This document shows positions 41,909 to 53,740 of a stretch of 64,000 nt of DNA, one piece after another. Both the position numbers and the translations under genes were made by a program. This DNA is from Flaccisagitta enflata (lineage: Eukaryota), in the NCBI GenBank assembly GCA_965153355.1, contig OZ231126.1, forward strand, positions 3,472,001-3,536,000, in the 5' to 3' direction. The stretch's first letter is position 1. Every line of letters starts with the position of its first letter. Under the pieces are notes generated by a model. It worked only from the letters and a program-made list of their open reading frames with translations, searched no databases and had not been told where the DNA came from.

Positions 41909-44900
41909 TAAGGGAGTACGAGATTCAGGAGAAAATCACTTTTTTCAAAATATCACCCTTGCTACCAGATAAACATGTGAGTAGGGCTTAGATAAGATGT
42001 TAGAAACTTTTTTCAGCTCAATTGGTTGAAAAAAACCCCTGGGCTCGCTTAAAAAACCGAATTTTCTATGGTTTTCACGTTTTTGCCAGTTATTTTTGGA
42101 AAGAAAGTGTTTTAATTTAATTCTAAAGCTATATTTCAACTTTAAAACTAGAAAGTGTGCCTGAAATAGTGAAAGGACACTGCCAGTCTAAGAATTGATT
42201 AAAAAAAAATTCAATTTTTCTCATGATCTGTCTGCATTCCACGAGAACTTGGAGGCAAACATTGGGCGAGATAAGTTGAAAGCAGCTTTGCACACGCTCT
42301 CTGACAAAAGTAAGATGAAGAATAACTTAGCAGCACAAACAAAGGACTTGGCTCTGAAATTTGTTGCAATGGAGAATGTTTCAAAGCCATGAAACAGAGC
42401 AGAGGAATTTAGTGAGTTTGAAGAACAAAATGGACGCAGAAATGATGCAATGCTGATGAAAGAGGGTCGTTTTGGTTGCCAATGCAAAGCATCCCTCAAA
42501 GTCCTTGAAATGAAGGATAATCTTATGGCATATCTTGACCTTGACACAAAATGTCAAAATGTCAAAATGAAGTGGCCAAACTCCTTCGTTCCCTGCTTCC
42601 TTCCCCTGTAGTTCATTATGAATGGACTTCTTGGCATTCTGTTGGATCAGCAACCTAGACCAACTCATTTGGCTCTTTGAAGTATCCTTCAAAATTTGTA
42701 CAAACAAATGATGGAACCAATCCCAGGTTTGAAATTCAGCTCAGTTGAGAGGCAAGCTCTGCCAGCTCTTGAGGATGGATTTGGAAGAAAGTACAAACAA
42801 GAATGGATGGAGTCTTTTTGCAAGCATCTTGAGCAGTACGATGTCAATAAACTGGAAAGTGCAATGCAAGTCTTGATGAAACAGCTTGCTGCAACTCTGT
42901 CAAGGCAACGAGGAATTCAGTATGAATTTGGTCCAGAATATCTGGAATACTCAGCAAAGAAAGCAGCAGGAACATTGGGAGAGACACACTTAAAGCTTCG
43001 GTCAGAAATCTTCACTGAAGAACAGCTTAAGACCATCCCTGTGGACAACAAAGTTGGAGAAAATCATTTTGGACATTTTTCTCAACAGCTAAGAAGCAAG
43101 GGAGGCTCTGCTTTCCAAGCTATCAGTGACAGACTTGTGCTAAAAACAAGTTCAGATCTTGCCTTTGGTAATGAGGGAGCCAACATGTTGAAAGACAAGG
43201 AGCTCAAGGCCAAATAGAAAGAAGTTCATCAAATTGAAGCAGATTTTTCAAAGTCTCAGAAAGAGATCATGAAAGCAAAGTTGGCCTTGACAGACAGTGA
43301 AGCAGACAAGCTGGCAAGAGATATGGCCAAAAATAAACTGATTTCTTTATGTGTGCAAAATGGAGCAAAACAAAAGTATATTGCACCGCTCTCATCTCAA
43401 GCTGAGGTTAAAAAGTGCTATGACAGGATCAAAAAGCTGAGTGAGGCTGATCAGTTGGCTATTCTGCGCCAAGAAGTTAAGTTGAAAAAGGCTTTGTTTT
43501 CAGAAATGCCAAATGATTTTGTCTATTTCAAGCAGTACAATATCATAGCCAAACAGATGTATGAAAATCTGCTTGCTTTGCACACAGTTGACCCATCTGA
43601 CCAAGAGGTCATTACTGTAGAAGATGTTTATGCGGCTTCTGAGTCAGTAGGTACTCAGTCTGCCAATAAGCAAGCCAAGAGGTCTAGGGTACCTGTGGAG
43701 GAGCTTCTGAGAGACTTTAATTAGCCATTACAGGAAGAAGAATTTGTTGTCACATTGCAAAAAGATGGCTGGAACCTTGGTTCTGTGCAATCTTACAATC
43801 AGCAACAAGATAGCATTTGTGTGCAAGCTCTCACTACTCTGAAAACAAGAGCAAAGGATGATCAAGGAAAAACATATTGGATCTATCCCAATGATGAAGT
43901 TTTTGATGACTTTGAAAGGAAACACATACTTGAAATCAGGCCTTCTGTCACCTTGGCTAAAAATGTAAAAAGAAAAGATTTGGTCTTTGCCCTTCTCAAC
44001 CGTGAGATCATTGAGGCCATGTGGAGACAACTGATTGGCTCAGATGGGGCAGAGTAATGGTTAAAGGTGCAATCTACACTCACACAGAACTCTTTGAGAG
44101 AGCTTATGAGTTTCAAAATCATTGTGGGAGAACAGTCATTTATAGTCATGTTGCATTAGAAAAAAACTGGCATATGAAATGGTCTTTCTATTTATGTCCC
44201 TCCTGTCTCCCACACTCTGCTCTCTGATCTTCCCCATGATTTCTTTCATATACCATTTCCACATACATGCAATTTTTTGACAATCACACCAACTAAAACT
44301 CATACTTCCTATTTTTGCTCATCCAAATTGTCTGCTTGATCATTGGATCTTTTATTCAAGATTCTTACTCAGTTGTGTTTGGTATCAAAGCTTATTTTAT
44401 GTACTTCATTGTTTTATGCAATTTTAATTTCTGAAAAACGGTTGATGTGATTACAGATATTTACGTGTACTGAAGAAAATATCTGAACTTTTTCTTTCAT
44501 CTTTTTCCAATTGGTGAGGTTGTGATCAAATCAATTCAAGCTAGATAAACAGAGCACTACTTGAAACGCTCAAGAATCATAATATATTTGTATAATATTG
44601 ACTAATTCTTTTCAAGAACAAAGAAGCTACTTATCATAAATGAAGAAAAGTAGAGTCTATGCATTTAGATTCATGAATTAGTACATGAAAACTTAAGCAA
44701 GTTTTTTATTTTCACTAAAAAACTAATATTTTGTCTCAAAAACGCCTTAAAAATGCTGAAAATATGGTCGTTTTCATTTTTTGAGCCTGCCCAGGGGTTT
44801 TTTTCAAGCCACAGCCCCCAAATTGGTACAAACCCATATATTTTGAGTCTACTGAGCCAAAAAAAGGGTAGCAAGCTCATTTCCTTTCGGTGACCCATTC

Positions 44901-44913
44901 TCGTACTCCCTTA
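41909..44913 (+). mobile_element. 3.0-kb cut-and-paste DNA transposon with a decayed, 5'-deleted transposase-like ORF (copy 2)
   Basis: 15-bp TIR TAAGGGAGTACGAGA / TCTCGTACTCCCTTA. 7-bp direct duplication CTTACAG at 41902-41908 and 44914-44920. Internal ORF fragments 42195-44057 are broken by stops and frameshifts. Confidence 0.85.
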
Positions 44914-45112
44914 CTTACAGCAGATCAAGATAATCCATAGTATTATCGATAGTATTCGAATTGATTTGATAAACTAATCTTATTTTTGTATGTACCCGTC
45001 AATCTGTTCCTCACGCGATCACGTGACCACAAAAAAAACATCAAATAATCTCCCGCACAAAATTTCTTTCTTTTTTTCTCTCTTTCTTCCTTTCTTTCAT
45101 TCTTTCTTTCTT

Positions 45113-45151
<39 letters not shown>

Positions 45152-45156
45152 TTCAG

Positions 45157-45268
45157 ATTCGTAAGCTTAAAGTGCGTATGTTAGATGGCGCTGTTAAGAC
45201 GACTCAAGTCAGTGAAAGCGAAACAGTTGCACAACTCATGATCCATATCTGCTCCAAAATTGGAATCG
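45157..45268 (+). CDS. TLN: Talin coding exon 3 (F1)
   Basis: IRKLKVRMLDGAVKTTQVSESETVAQLMIHICSKIGI matches talin F1 LKIRMLDG.VKT...ICARIGI. Acceptor ATTCAG, donor GTACTT. Confidence 0.95.
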
Positions 45269-45298
45269 GTACTTACAAGATGTCTGTTTGTGTTTATC

Positions 45299-45459
<161 letters not shown>

Positions 45460-45796
45460 GCTGATTTTGTTGTAGTTGGTGATGATGTTGTTGTTGTTGT
45501 TGCTGTCTCAGCTCTTGATTGTGATAGATGTAAATTTTGTTGTTATTGTTGTTTCCGTTCTAAATCGTCATCGAAGTTGTGAACTTTTGGAGTTGTTTTG
45601 TTGATGGTTATTTGTGTTTATCGCTGTTGTTGTTGTGTCTTTTCTTGCTCTCGTCGTTGCTGTCATCTCTACTTCCCCATCTGTACCTCCTCATATTTAA
45701 TTCCTCATATTTACCTCCCCATCTGTACCTTCCCATATGTACCTCCCCATCTGTACCTCCCTCGTCTGTAACCCCCCCCTCCCGCCATCTTTGCAG

Positions 45797-45922
45797 CCAA
45801 TCACGAAGAATATTCTTTGATTCTCGAAGTTGAAACTGATGAAGCAGCAGAAAGAGAAAGATTGGCTACTATGTCAAGACATGAAAGGAAACATGAAGAA
45901 CTAAAAAGAACTGTCAAAACAG
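45797..45922 (+). CDS. TLN: Talin coding exon 4 (F1 loop)
   Basis: TTGCAG acceptor. (A)NHEEYSLILEVETDEAAERERLATMSRHERKHEELKRTVKT matches NHDEYSL plus the F1 loop. Donor GTGAAT at 45923. Confidence 0.93.
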
Positions 45923-46790
45923 GTGAATGAATGAATGAATGAATGAATGAATGAATGAATAAATGATGAAGCAGTAGGAAGAGAAAGATTGGCTACCATG
46001 TCAAGACATGAAAGGAAACATGAAGAATTAAAGAGAACTGTCAAAACAGGTGAATGAATGAATGAATGAATGAATGAATGAATGTATGAATGAATGAATG
46101 AATAATGAAACAGCAGAAAGAGAAAGATTGGCTACCATGTCAAGACATGAAAGGAAACATGAAGAACTAAAAAGAACTGTCAAAACAGGTGAATGAATGA
46201 ATGAATGAATGAATGAATGAATGAATGAATGAATGGATGAATGATGAAGCAGCAGAAAGAGAAAGATTGGCTACCATGTCAAGACATGAAAGGAAACATG
46301 AAGAACTAAAGAGAACTGTCAAAACAGGTGAATGAATGAATGAATGAATGAATGAATGAATGAATGAATGAATGAATGAATGATGAAGCAGCAGAAAGAG
46401 AAAGATTGGCTACCATGTCAAGACATGAAAGGAAACATGAAGAACTAAAGAGAACTGTCAAAACAGGTGAATGAATGAACGAATGAATGAATGAATGAAT
46501 GAATGAATGAATGAATGATGAAGCAGCAGAAAGAGAAAGCTTGGCTACTATGTCAAGACATGAGAGGAAACATGAAGAACTAAAGAGAACTGTCAAAACA
46601 GGTGAATGAATGAATGAAGGAATGAATGAAAGAATGAATGAATGAATGAATTAATGAATAAATGAATGGATGAATGAATGAATGAATTAATGATGAAGTG
46701 TCAGAAAGAGAAAGCTTGACTACCATGTCAAGACATGAAAGGAAACATGAAGAACTAAAGAGAACTGTCAAAACAGGTGAATAAATGAAT
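45923..46790 (+). repeat. Six copies of the talin exon-4 3' ~85 nt plus donor, spaced by (GAAT)n
   Basis: GATGAAGCAGCAGAAAGAGAAAGATTGGCTAC...GTCAAAACAGGTGAAT repeated. Confidence 0.95.
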
Positions 46791-46969
46791 GAATGAATTA
46801 ATGAATGAATGATTGAGTAAGTGAATGAAAAAAATAATAAACGAATAAATGAATGAATGAATGAATGAATGAGTGAATGAAAAAAATAATAAACGAATAA
46901 ATGAATGAATGAATGAATGAATGAATGAATGAATGAATGAATGAATGAAAATGATAAATGAATAAATGA

Positions 46970-49405
46970 ATGATTTATTTTCCTTTTACAGACGACGATG
47001 TTGGGTGGTTGGATCCTGAGCTGATTTTGGCTGCTCAGCCATTCTCAATTCTGGCTGATACAACTTTGCTTAGCCAATGAACTAATAAACGAATAAATGA
47101 ATGAATGAATGAATGAATGAATGAATGAATGAATGAATGAATAAATGAATGATTTTTTTTACTTTTACAGACGACGATGTTGGGTGGTTGGATCCTGAGC
47201 TGATTTTGGCTGCTCAGCCATTCTCAATTCTGGCTGATACAACTTTGCTTAGCCAATGAACGAATAAACGAATAAATGAATGAATGAATGAATGAATGAA
47301 TGAATGAATGAATAAATGAATGATTTTTTTTCCTTTTACAGACGATGATGTTGGCTGGTTGGATCCCGAGCTGATTTTGGCTGCTCAGCCATTCTCAATT
47401 CTGGCTGATACAACTTTGCTTAGCCAATGAACTAATAAACGAATAAATGAATGAATGAATGAATGAATGAATGAATGAATGAATGAATGAATGAATAAAT
47501 GAATGATTTTTTTTCCTTTTACAGACGACGATGTTGGCTGGTTGGATCCCGAGCTGATTTTGGCTGCTCAGCCATTCTCAATTCTGGCTGATACAACTTT
47601 GCTTAGCCAATGAACGAATAAACGAATAAATGAATGAATGAATGAATGAATGAATGAATGAATGAATGAATGAATAAATGAATGATTTTTTTTTACTTTT
47701 ACAGACAACGATGTTGGGTGGTTGGATCCCGAGCTGATTTTGGCTGCTCAGCCATTCTCAATTCTGGCTGATACAACTTTGCTTAGCCAATGAACAAATT
47801 AACGAATAAATGAATGAATGAATGAATGAATGAATGAATGAATAAATAAATGAATGATTTTTTTTCCTTTTACAGACGACGATGTTGGCTGGTTGGATCC
47901 AGAGCTGATTTTGGCTGCTCAGCCATTCCCAATCCTGGCTGATACAACTTTGCTTACCCAATGAATGAATGAATAAACGAATGAATGAATGACTGAATGA
48001 ATGAATGAATGAATGAATGAATGAATGAATGAATGAATGAATAAATGAATGATTTTTTTTACTTTTACAGACGACGATGTTGGGTGGTTGGATCCCGAGC
48101 TGATTTTGGCTGCTCAGCCATTCCCAATTCTGGCTGATACAACTTTGCTTACCCAATGAATGAATGAATAAACGAATGAATGAATGACTGAATGAATGAA
48201 TGAACGAATGAATGAATGAATGAATGAATGAATGAATGAATGAATGAATGTTTTTTTTTTACTTTTACAGACGACGATGTTGGGTGGTAGGATCCCGAGC
48301 TGATTTTGGCTGCTCAGCCATTCCCAATTCTGGCTGATACAACTTTGCTTACCCAATGAATGAATGAATAAACGAATGAATGAATGACTGAATGAATGAA
48401 TGAATGAATGAATGAATGAATGAATGAATAAATGAATAAATGAATGATTTTTTTTCCTTTTACAGACGACGATGTTGGGTGGTAGGATCCCGAGCTGATT
48501 TTGGCTGCTCAGCCATTCCCAATTCTGGCTGATACAACTTTGCTTACCCAATGAATGAATGAATAAACGAATGAATGAATGACTGAATGAATGAATGAAT
48601 GAATGAATGAATGAATGAATGAATAAATGAATGATTTTTTTTACTTTTACAGACGACGATGTTGGGTGGTTGGATCCCGAGCTGATTTTGGCTGCTCAGC
48701 CATTCCCAATTCTGGCTGATACAACTTTGCTTACCCAATGAATGAATGAATAAACGAATGAATGAATGACTGAATGAGTGAATGAATGAATGAATGAATA
48801 AATGAATGATTTTTTTTTACTTTTACAGACGACGATGTTGGGTGGTAGGATCCCAAGCTGATTTTGGCTGCTCAGCCATTCCCAATTCTGGCTGATACAA
48901 CTTTGCTTACCCAATGAATGAATGAATAAATGAATGAATGAATGAATGAATGAATGAATGAATGAATGAATGAATGAATGAATGAATGAATGAATGAATG
49001 AATAAATGAATGATTTTTTTTACTTTTACAGACGACGATGTTGGGTGGTTGGATCCCGAGCTGATTTTGGCTGCTCAGCCATTCCCAATTCTGGCTGATA
49101 CAACTTTGCTTACCCAATGAATGAATGAATAAACGAATGAATGAATGACTGAATGAATGAATGAATGAATGAATGATTGAATAAATGAATGATTTTTTTT
49201 ACTTTTACAGACGACGATGTTGGGTGGTTGGATCCCGAGCTGATTTTGGCTGCTCAGCCATTCCCAATTCTGGCTGATACAACTTTGCTTAGCCAATGAA
49301 TGAATAAACGAATGAATGAATGAATGAATGAATGAATGAATGAATGAATGAATGAATGAATGAATGAATGAATGAATAAATGAATGATTTTTTTTCCTTT
49401 TACAG
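46970..49405 (+). repeat. Thirteen copies of the talin exon-5 acceptor plus first ~78 nt, spaced by (GAAT)n
   Basis: TTTTACAGACGACGATGTTGG...GATACAACTTTGCTTASCCAATGA, ~170-200 bp period. Confidence 0.95.
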
Positions 49406-49568
49406 ACGACGATGTTGGCTGGTTGGATCCCGAGCTGATTTTGGCTGCTCAGCCATTCCCAATTCTGGCTGATACAACTTTGCTGCTAAAGAGAAAATTC
49501 TTCTTTTCCGATACAAACGTTAATTCTTCAGATCCCAAACAACTCAACCTCCTTTATGAACAGTGCAG
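49406..49568 (+). CDS. TLN: Talin coding exon 5 (F1-F2)
   Basis: DDDVGWLDPELILAAQPFPILADTTLLLKRKFFFSDTNVNSSDPKQLNLLYEQCR matches talin TLLLRRKFFYSDQNVDSRDPVQLNLLY. This is the only copy of the repeated acceptor that continues to a donor (GTTAGC at 49569). Confidence 0.95.
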
Positions 49569-50012
49569 GTTAGCTGACGGGGAAAGGACAGACAGACTGA
49601 CAGACTGACTCAACCTTCTTTACGAACAGTGCAGGTTAGTTGCTGTGTGAGACAGACAGACAGTGCAGGTAAGCTGCCAGGAGAGGGACAGACTGACAGG
49701 CTGACTGATTGACTCAACCTCCTTTACAAACAGTGCAGGTTAGCTGCTGTGTGAGAGGGATAGACTGACTGACTGAGTGATTCATCCTGCTTGACAAACA
49801 GTGCAGGTTCGCTGTCGGGAGAGGGACAGACTGACTGACTGAGTTACTCAACCTCCTTTACGAACAGTGCAGGTTAGCTGTCGGGAGAGGGACAGACTGA
49901 CTTACTGAGAGACTGAGAGACTGATCCTGCTTTTCGAACAGTGCAGGTTAGCTGCTGTGTGAGAGACAGACTGACTGACTGACTCAACCTTCTTTACGAA
50001 CGGTGCAGGTTA
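49569..50012 (+). repeat. About seven copies of the talin exon-5 3' end plus donor, spaced by (GACT/GACA)n
   Basis: ACTCAACCTYCTTTACGAACAGTGCAGGTTAG variants at ~60-bp period. Confidence 0.88.
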
Positions 50013-50188
50013 TTTTCATGCAAGAGTAAGGTCTGTCCTTCTGTCCCTCTGTCTGTCGGCATGTCTCTCTCTTTCTCAACAATTAGCACATTCTTTTTCA
50101 CAATTCACTAATATGTCTTCCCGTTTTTTTGTTTTTTTTTTTAATTCATTTCTTTTTTTTTTCTTTTTTTTTTTTTATCCTTTTTCAG

Positions 50189-50296
50189 GGAAGGCGTTTT
50201 AAAAGGAACTCATCCTGTGTCTTTGGAAGAGAGCATCAAATTTGCCGGGATTCAATCTCAAATTCAGTTCGGAGACTTTAATCCCAACAAACACAA
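50189..50296 (+). CDS. TLN: Talin coding exon 6 (F2)
   Basis: EGVLKGTHPVSLEESIKFAGIQSQIQFGDFNPNKHK matches G.HPVS...EFAG.QCQIQFG..N..KHK. TTTCAG acceptor, GTAAGC donor. Confidence 0.95.
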
Positions 50297-51129
50297 GTAA
50301 GCCACAACAATGCAAGAGGGCATTAGTAATTACATGTTCTCTTTTTGGAGTAGTTCTTAGATGATCTCTTTTTCAAACAACATAGATAATATCTATTAGA
50401 TATACGAGTTAGGGCTTGATACACGGCTACCAATTTCGCGTGCTAGTGGGCAGGGACAGCGATAACTTCCCAAATCAACTTTGTGACAGAAAGGCGGACC
50501 AACCGACCGACCGACCGGCACAGCAAGTTCTAGAAGTTTGTGTCAGCGACTAAAAAGGGTTAAATATTTGGGCAGGGCAGTATTGCAAAAACCCAGAAGT
50601 ACCAAAAACCAATGCTGGAGATCGACCAACTGTACTGAAAGACCAACCGACTGTACCCAATAACCATGCTGCAAAAGAAAATAAAGTATATTGAAAATAA
50701 CAAGCCCGACCGGGCAAAGATGCGTCCGAACTGTGTCTCTGCGTGTATTGATCATGTGACATATACGGAGAGACAGATGGACGAACAGAAGGGTGAAACG
50801 ACTGAGTAATAGAGGAGGCTCTCAAAACATGTTGGTTGATCATTTGCGTCAGTGTAGGATCTCACCGTGGCCAAAAACAGCCGAGAAACGCGGTTTTTGC
50901 ACAGGCGTAACGGACGGACGGACCGACGGACGGACGGACCGACCGACGGACGGACCGACCGACGGACGGACGGACGGACAAACCCTCTTATAGAGATGCG
51001 AGGACGCATCTAAAAAGAATTGAAATTGACTGCCAGACATAGCGGGTTATGTAATGAGCCGCGTACACGCAAAAAAAAACCAAAAAAACAAACAAAAAGA
51101 CCATGTCATCTTACACAAGTTGTCATTTA

Positions 51130-51466
51130 CCGTATTTTTTCCATAAAGCGCTCCCCCCTCCAAAAAGCGCCCCCCCCCCAATTTTTTGTGAGTGTCAAAC
51201 TCTTCAAAAAAAATTTGCATAAAAATATCAAGTAAAATAATGTAAAAACACAACACAATGAGCTATTTGCACTGACTTACTAACGGATATATGCTATGAA
51301 TATCTCTATTTCAAGTCAAATTTAGCAATTTGATTGCCTTTCATGAAAAAGATGGATTGAATAACAGTTTATCTATAATACAAAGGGGGCGCTAGTTAGA
51401 AGGTTAAGAAGCAAAGTTATGTATCAATTTCAAAAGCGCCCGGGGCGCTTTTTAGAAAAAATACGG
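51130..51466. mobile_element. MITE, TA target duplication
   Basis: TA|CCGTATTTTTTCCATAAAGCGC ... GCGCTTTTTAGAAAAAATACGG|TA. Confidence 0.75.
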
Positions 51467-51662
51467 TATTGATAAATGATTCCGAAAACCTAAACGCTAT
51501 CTAGTGGATAGTGGATCCACTATTTTAATCATTGCTACCAATCCACCAACCAAGCCATTTACCAAACTCTTGAGAGTCTACCGACCTAATCACCTACCCC
51601 TCCCCCGTCTCTCTCCCCCCCCCTCTTTCTCTCCCCCTCCCCCTCCCCCCTCTCATTTGCAG

Positions 51663-51846
51663 AAAGGGTTTCCTGACTTTGACTGATTTCGTTCCTAAAG
51701 AATACATCAAATCACGAAACGTAGAAAAGAAGATTTTTGTGGAGCACAAATCTTTTGAGAAGCTCACAGATCTGGAAGCCAAGCAAAAATACTGCGAAAC
51801 CGCACAAAGCTTGCCCACTTATGGCATATCCTTCTTTCTTATCAAG
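51663..51846 (+). CDS. TLN: Talin coding exon 7 (F2-F3)
   Basis: KGFLTLTDFVPKEYIKSRNVEKKIF...SLPTYGISFFLIK. TTGCAG acceptor, GTAAGT donor. Confidence 0.95.
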
Positions 51847-52773
51847 GTAAGTGACACTGTCTGTGTGTGTGACTGTGTGTTTGCTTGTGTGTCTGTATGA
51901 TTCTTCATCAAATATTGAGAGAAAATAGGACGGCAAAATTTTGAAGAAAAACTAAGTGTTTCACCATACTTTTTGCATCATTTTCTGAACAATAAAGGTG
52001 CAAGAATGATTTAAAAAAATAAATTTTCTCTAAAGGCACTTGGTGTATACATTTCTATCATATGCTGACCTTAAAAGTAATTTTGACAGTGCAATTCACA
52101 TGAGAAAAGCAAGAAAAACTAGGTTTTTAATGCAATTTTGCTTACATTTTTAGTCGCGGACAAGCGACTCTATAAGAGGCTTTGTCCGTCCGTTGGTTGG
52201 TCAGTCGGTTGGTCGGTCGGTCCGTCACGCTCGAGTCGAAAAGTGGGAAAACACGCATTTCCGCCCCTGCCCACCCGTCCGCGACTGGTATTGGCCGTGT
52301 ATCCGGCCTTGTTTTGTTTATTCTTGCCGTTGAATTTCTAAGATTTTCAAATGCAGGCAAATTTTGCATTTCCAAAAACATAGTTCTCTTCAAAATCGTT
52401 TTTGGAAGAAAACTATGTTTTTTGTTTTCTCATTTTTTCATTTTCTATGCAATCTTAGAATTTCAACAAGCCCCCTGTCAGTTACCAAAAGTGAAATTTT
52501 CAGTGATTTGCATTATATTTTTTTCTTTGATTTTAGCTTCATTTGGTTCTTTTTCATGTTTGAATGTCAGTTATGCAAAAAAATATTAATCATGATATAT
52601 CTCAATGATTATTTTAGTTTATTCATTCAAATTCAATCATTTTGATTTTTTACTTTGGCTCCTTTTGAAACACAAATGTTGCCTACGGAGGAACGCCGTC
52701 ATAGGAAAATCACACTTTTGTCGTTTTCAAGAACAAATAATTCTCCTCTTCTTTATTTCATCCCTCATATCAG

Positions 52774-53056
52774 GAAAAGATGGAAGGGAAGAACAAATTG
52801 ATCGCTCGTCTTTTCGGCGTTTCCAAAGACGCGGTCTACAAACTCGATGTAACAACGAAACAAATCCTGGAAAAATGGGAATTGACCAAAGTGAAAAGAT
52901 GGGCAGCCAGTCCAACAACATTCACGCTGGATTTTGGAGAATACGCTTCGAGTTACTACGCGGTGCAAACGGATGAAGGGGAGAATATTGCCAGGCTCAT
53001 CTCTGGTTATGTGGACATCATTTTGAGGAATAGACGGATCTACGAAGGGATAGAAG
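52774..53056 (+). CDS. TLN: Talin coding exon 8 (F3, PTB-like integrin-binding subdomain)
   Basis: EKMEGKNKLIARLFG...KRWAASPTTFTLDFGEY...YYAVQTDEGENIARLISGYVDIIL is the talin F3 signature. Donor GTATGG at 53057. Confidence 0.97.
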
Positions 53057-53065
53057 GTATGGATG

Positions 53066-53222
<157 letters not shown>

Positions 53223-53504
53223 AAGAACGACAAACAGATCGACAGGCAGAGAGGGGAAAGATGAGAAAGGAAGGGAATGAGAATAGAGACAGACAGGTAG
53301 ACAGACAGAGACAGACAGACAGATAGACAGAGTCCCGCACGTAGGACTAAGAGGCCAAAGAAGAATTTAGGGACATCGTACCGAAATGCCGACTTAAAGA
53401 CAAGCAAACAATGATGACAAAATCCGAAATGAATTCACGTAGAAATCTATAGAAAATTGATCAATGCATGCAATTCAATCCCATCCCCCCAACTACTCAA
53501 ACAA

Positions 53505-53618
<114 letters not shown>

Positions 53619-53645
53619 ACAACAAACAACAACCAAACAACAACC

Positions 53646-53739
<94 letters not shown>

Positions 53740-53740
53740 G

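Noticed and set aside
46970-49405. CRISPR-like repeat-spacer appearance
   Set aside because: The 'spacers' are (GAAT)n microsatellite, the repeats are talin exon sequence, the context is eukaryotic and there are no cas genes.
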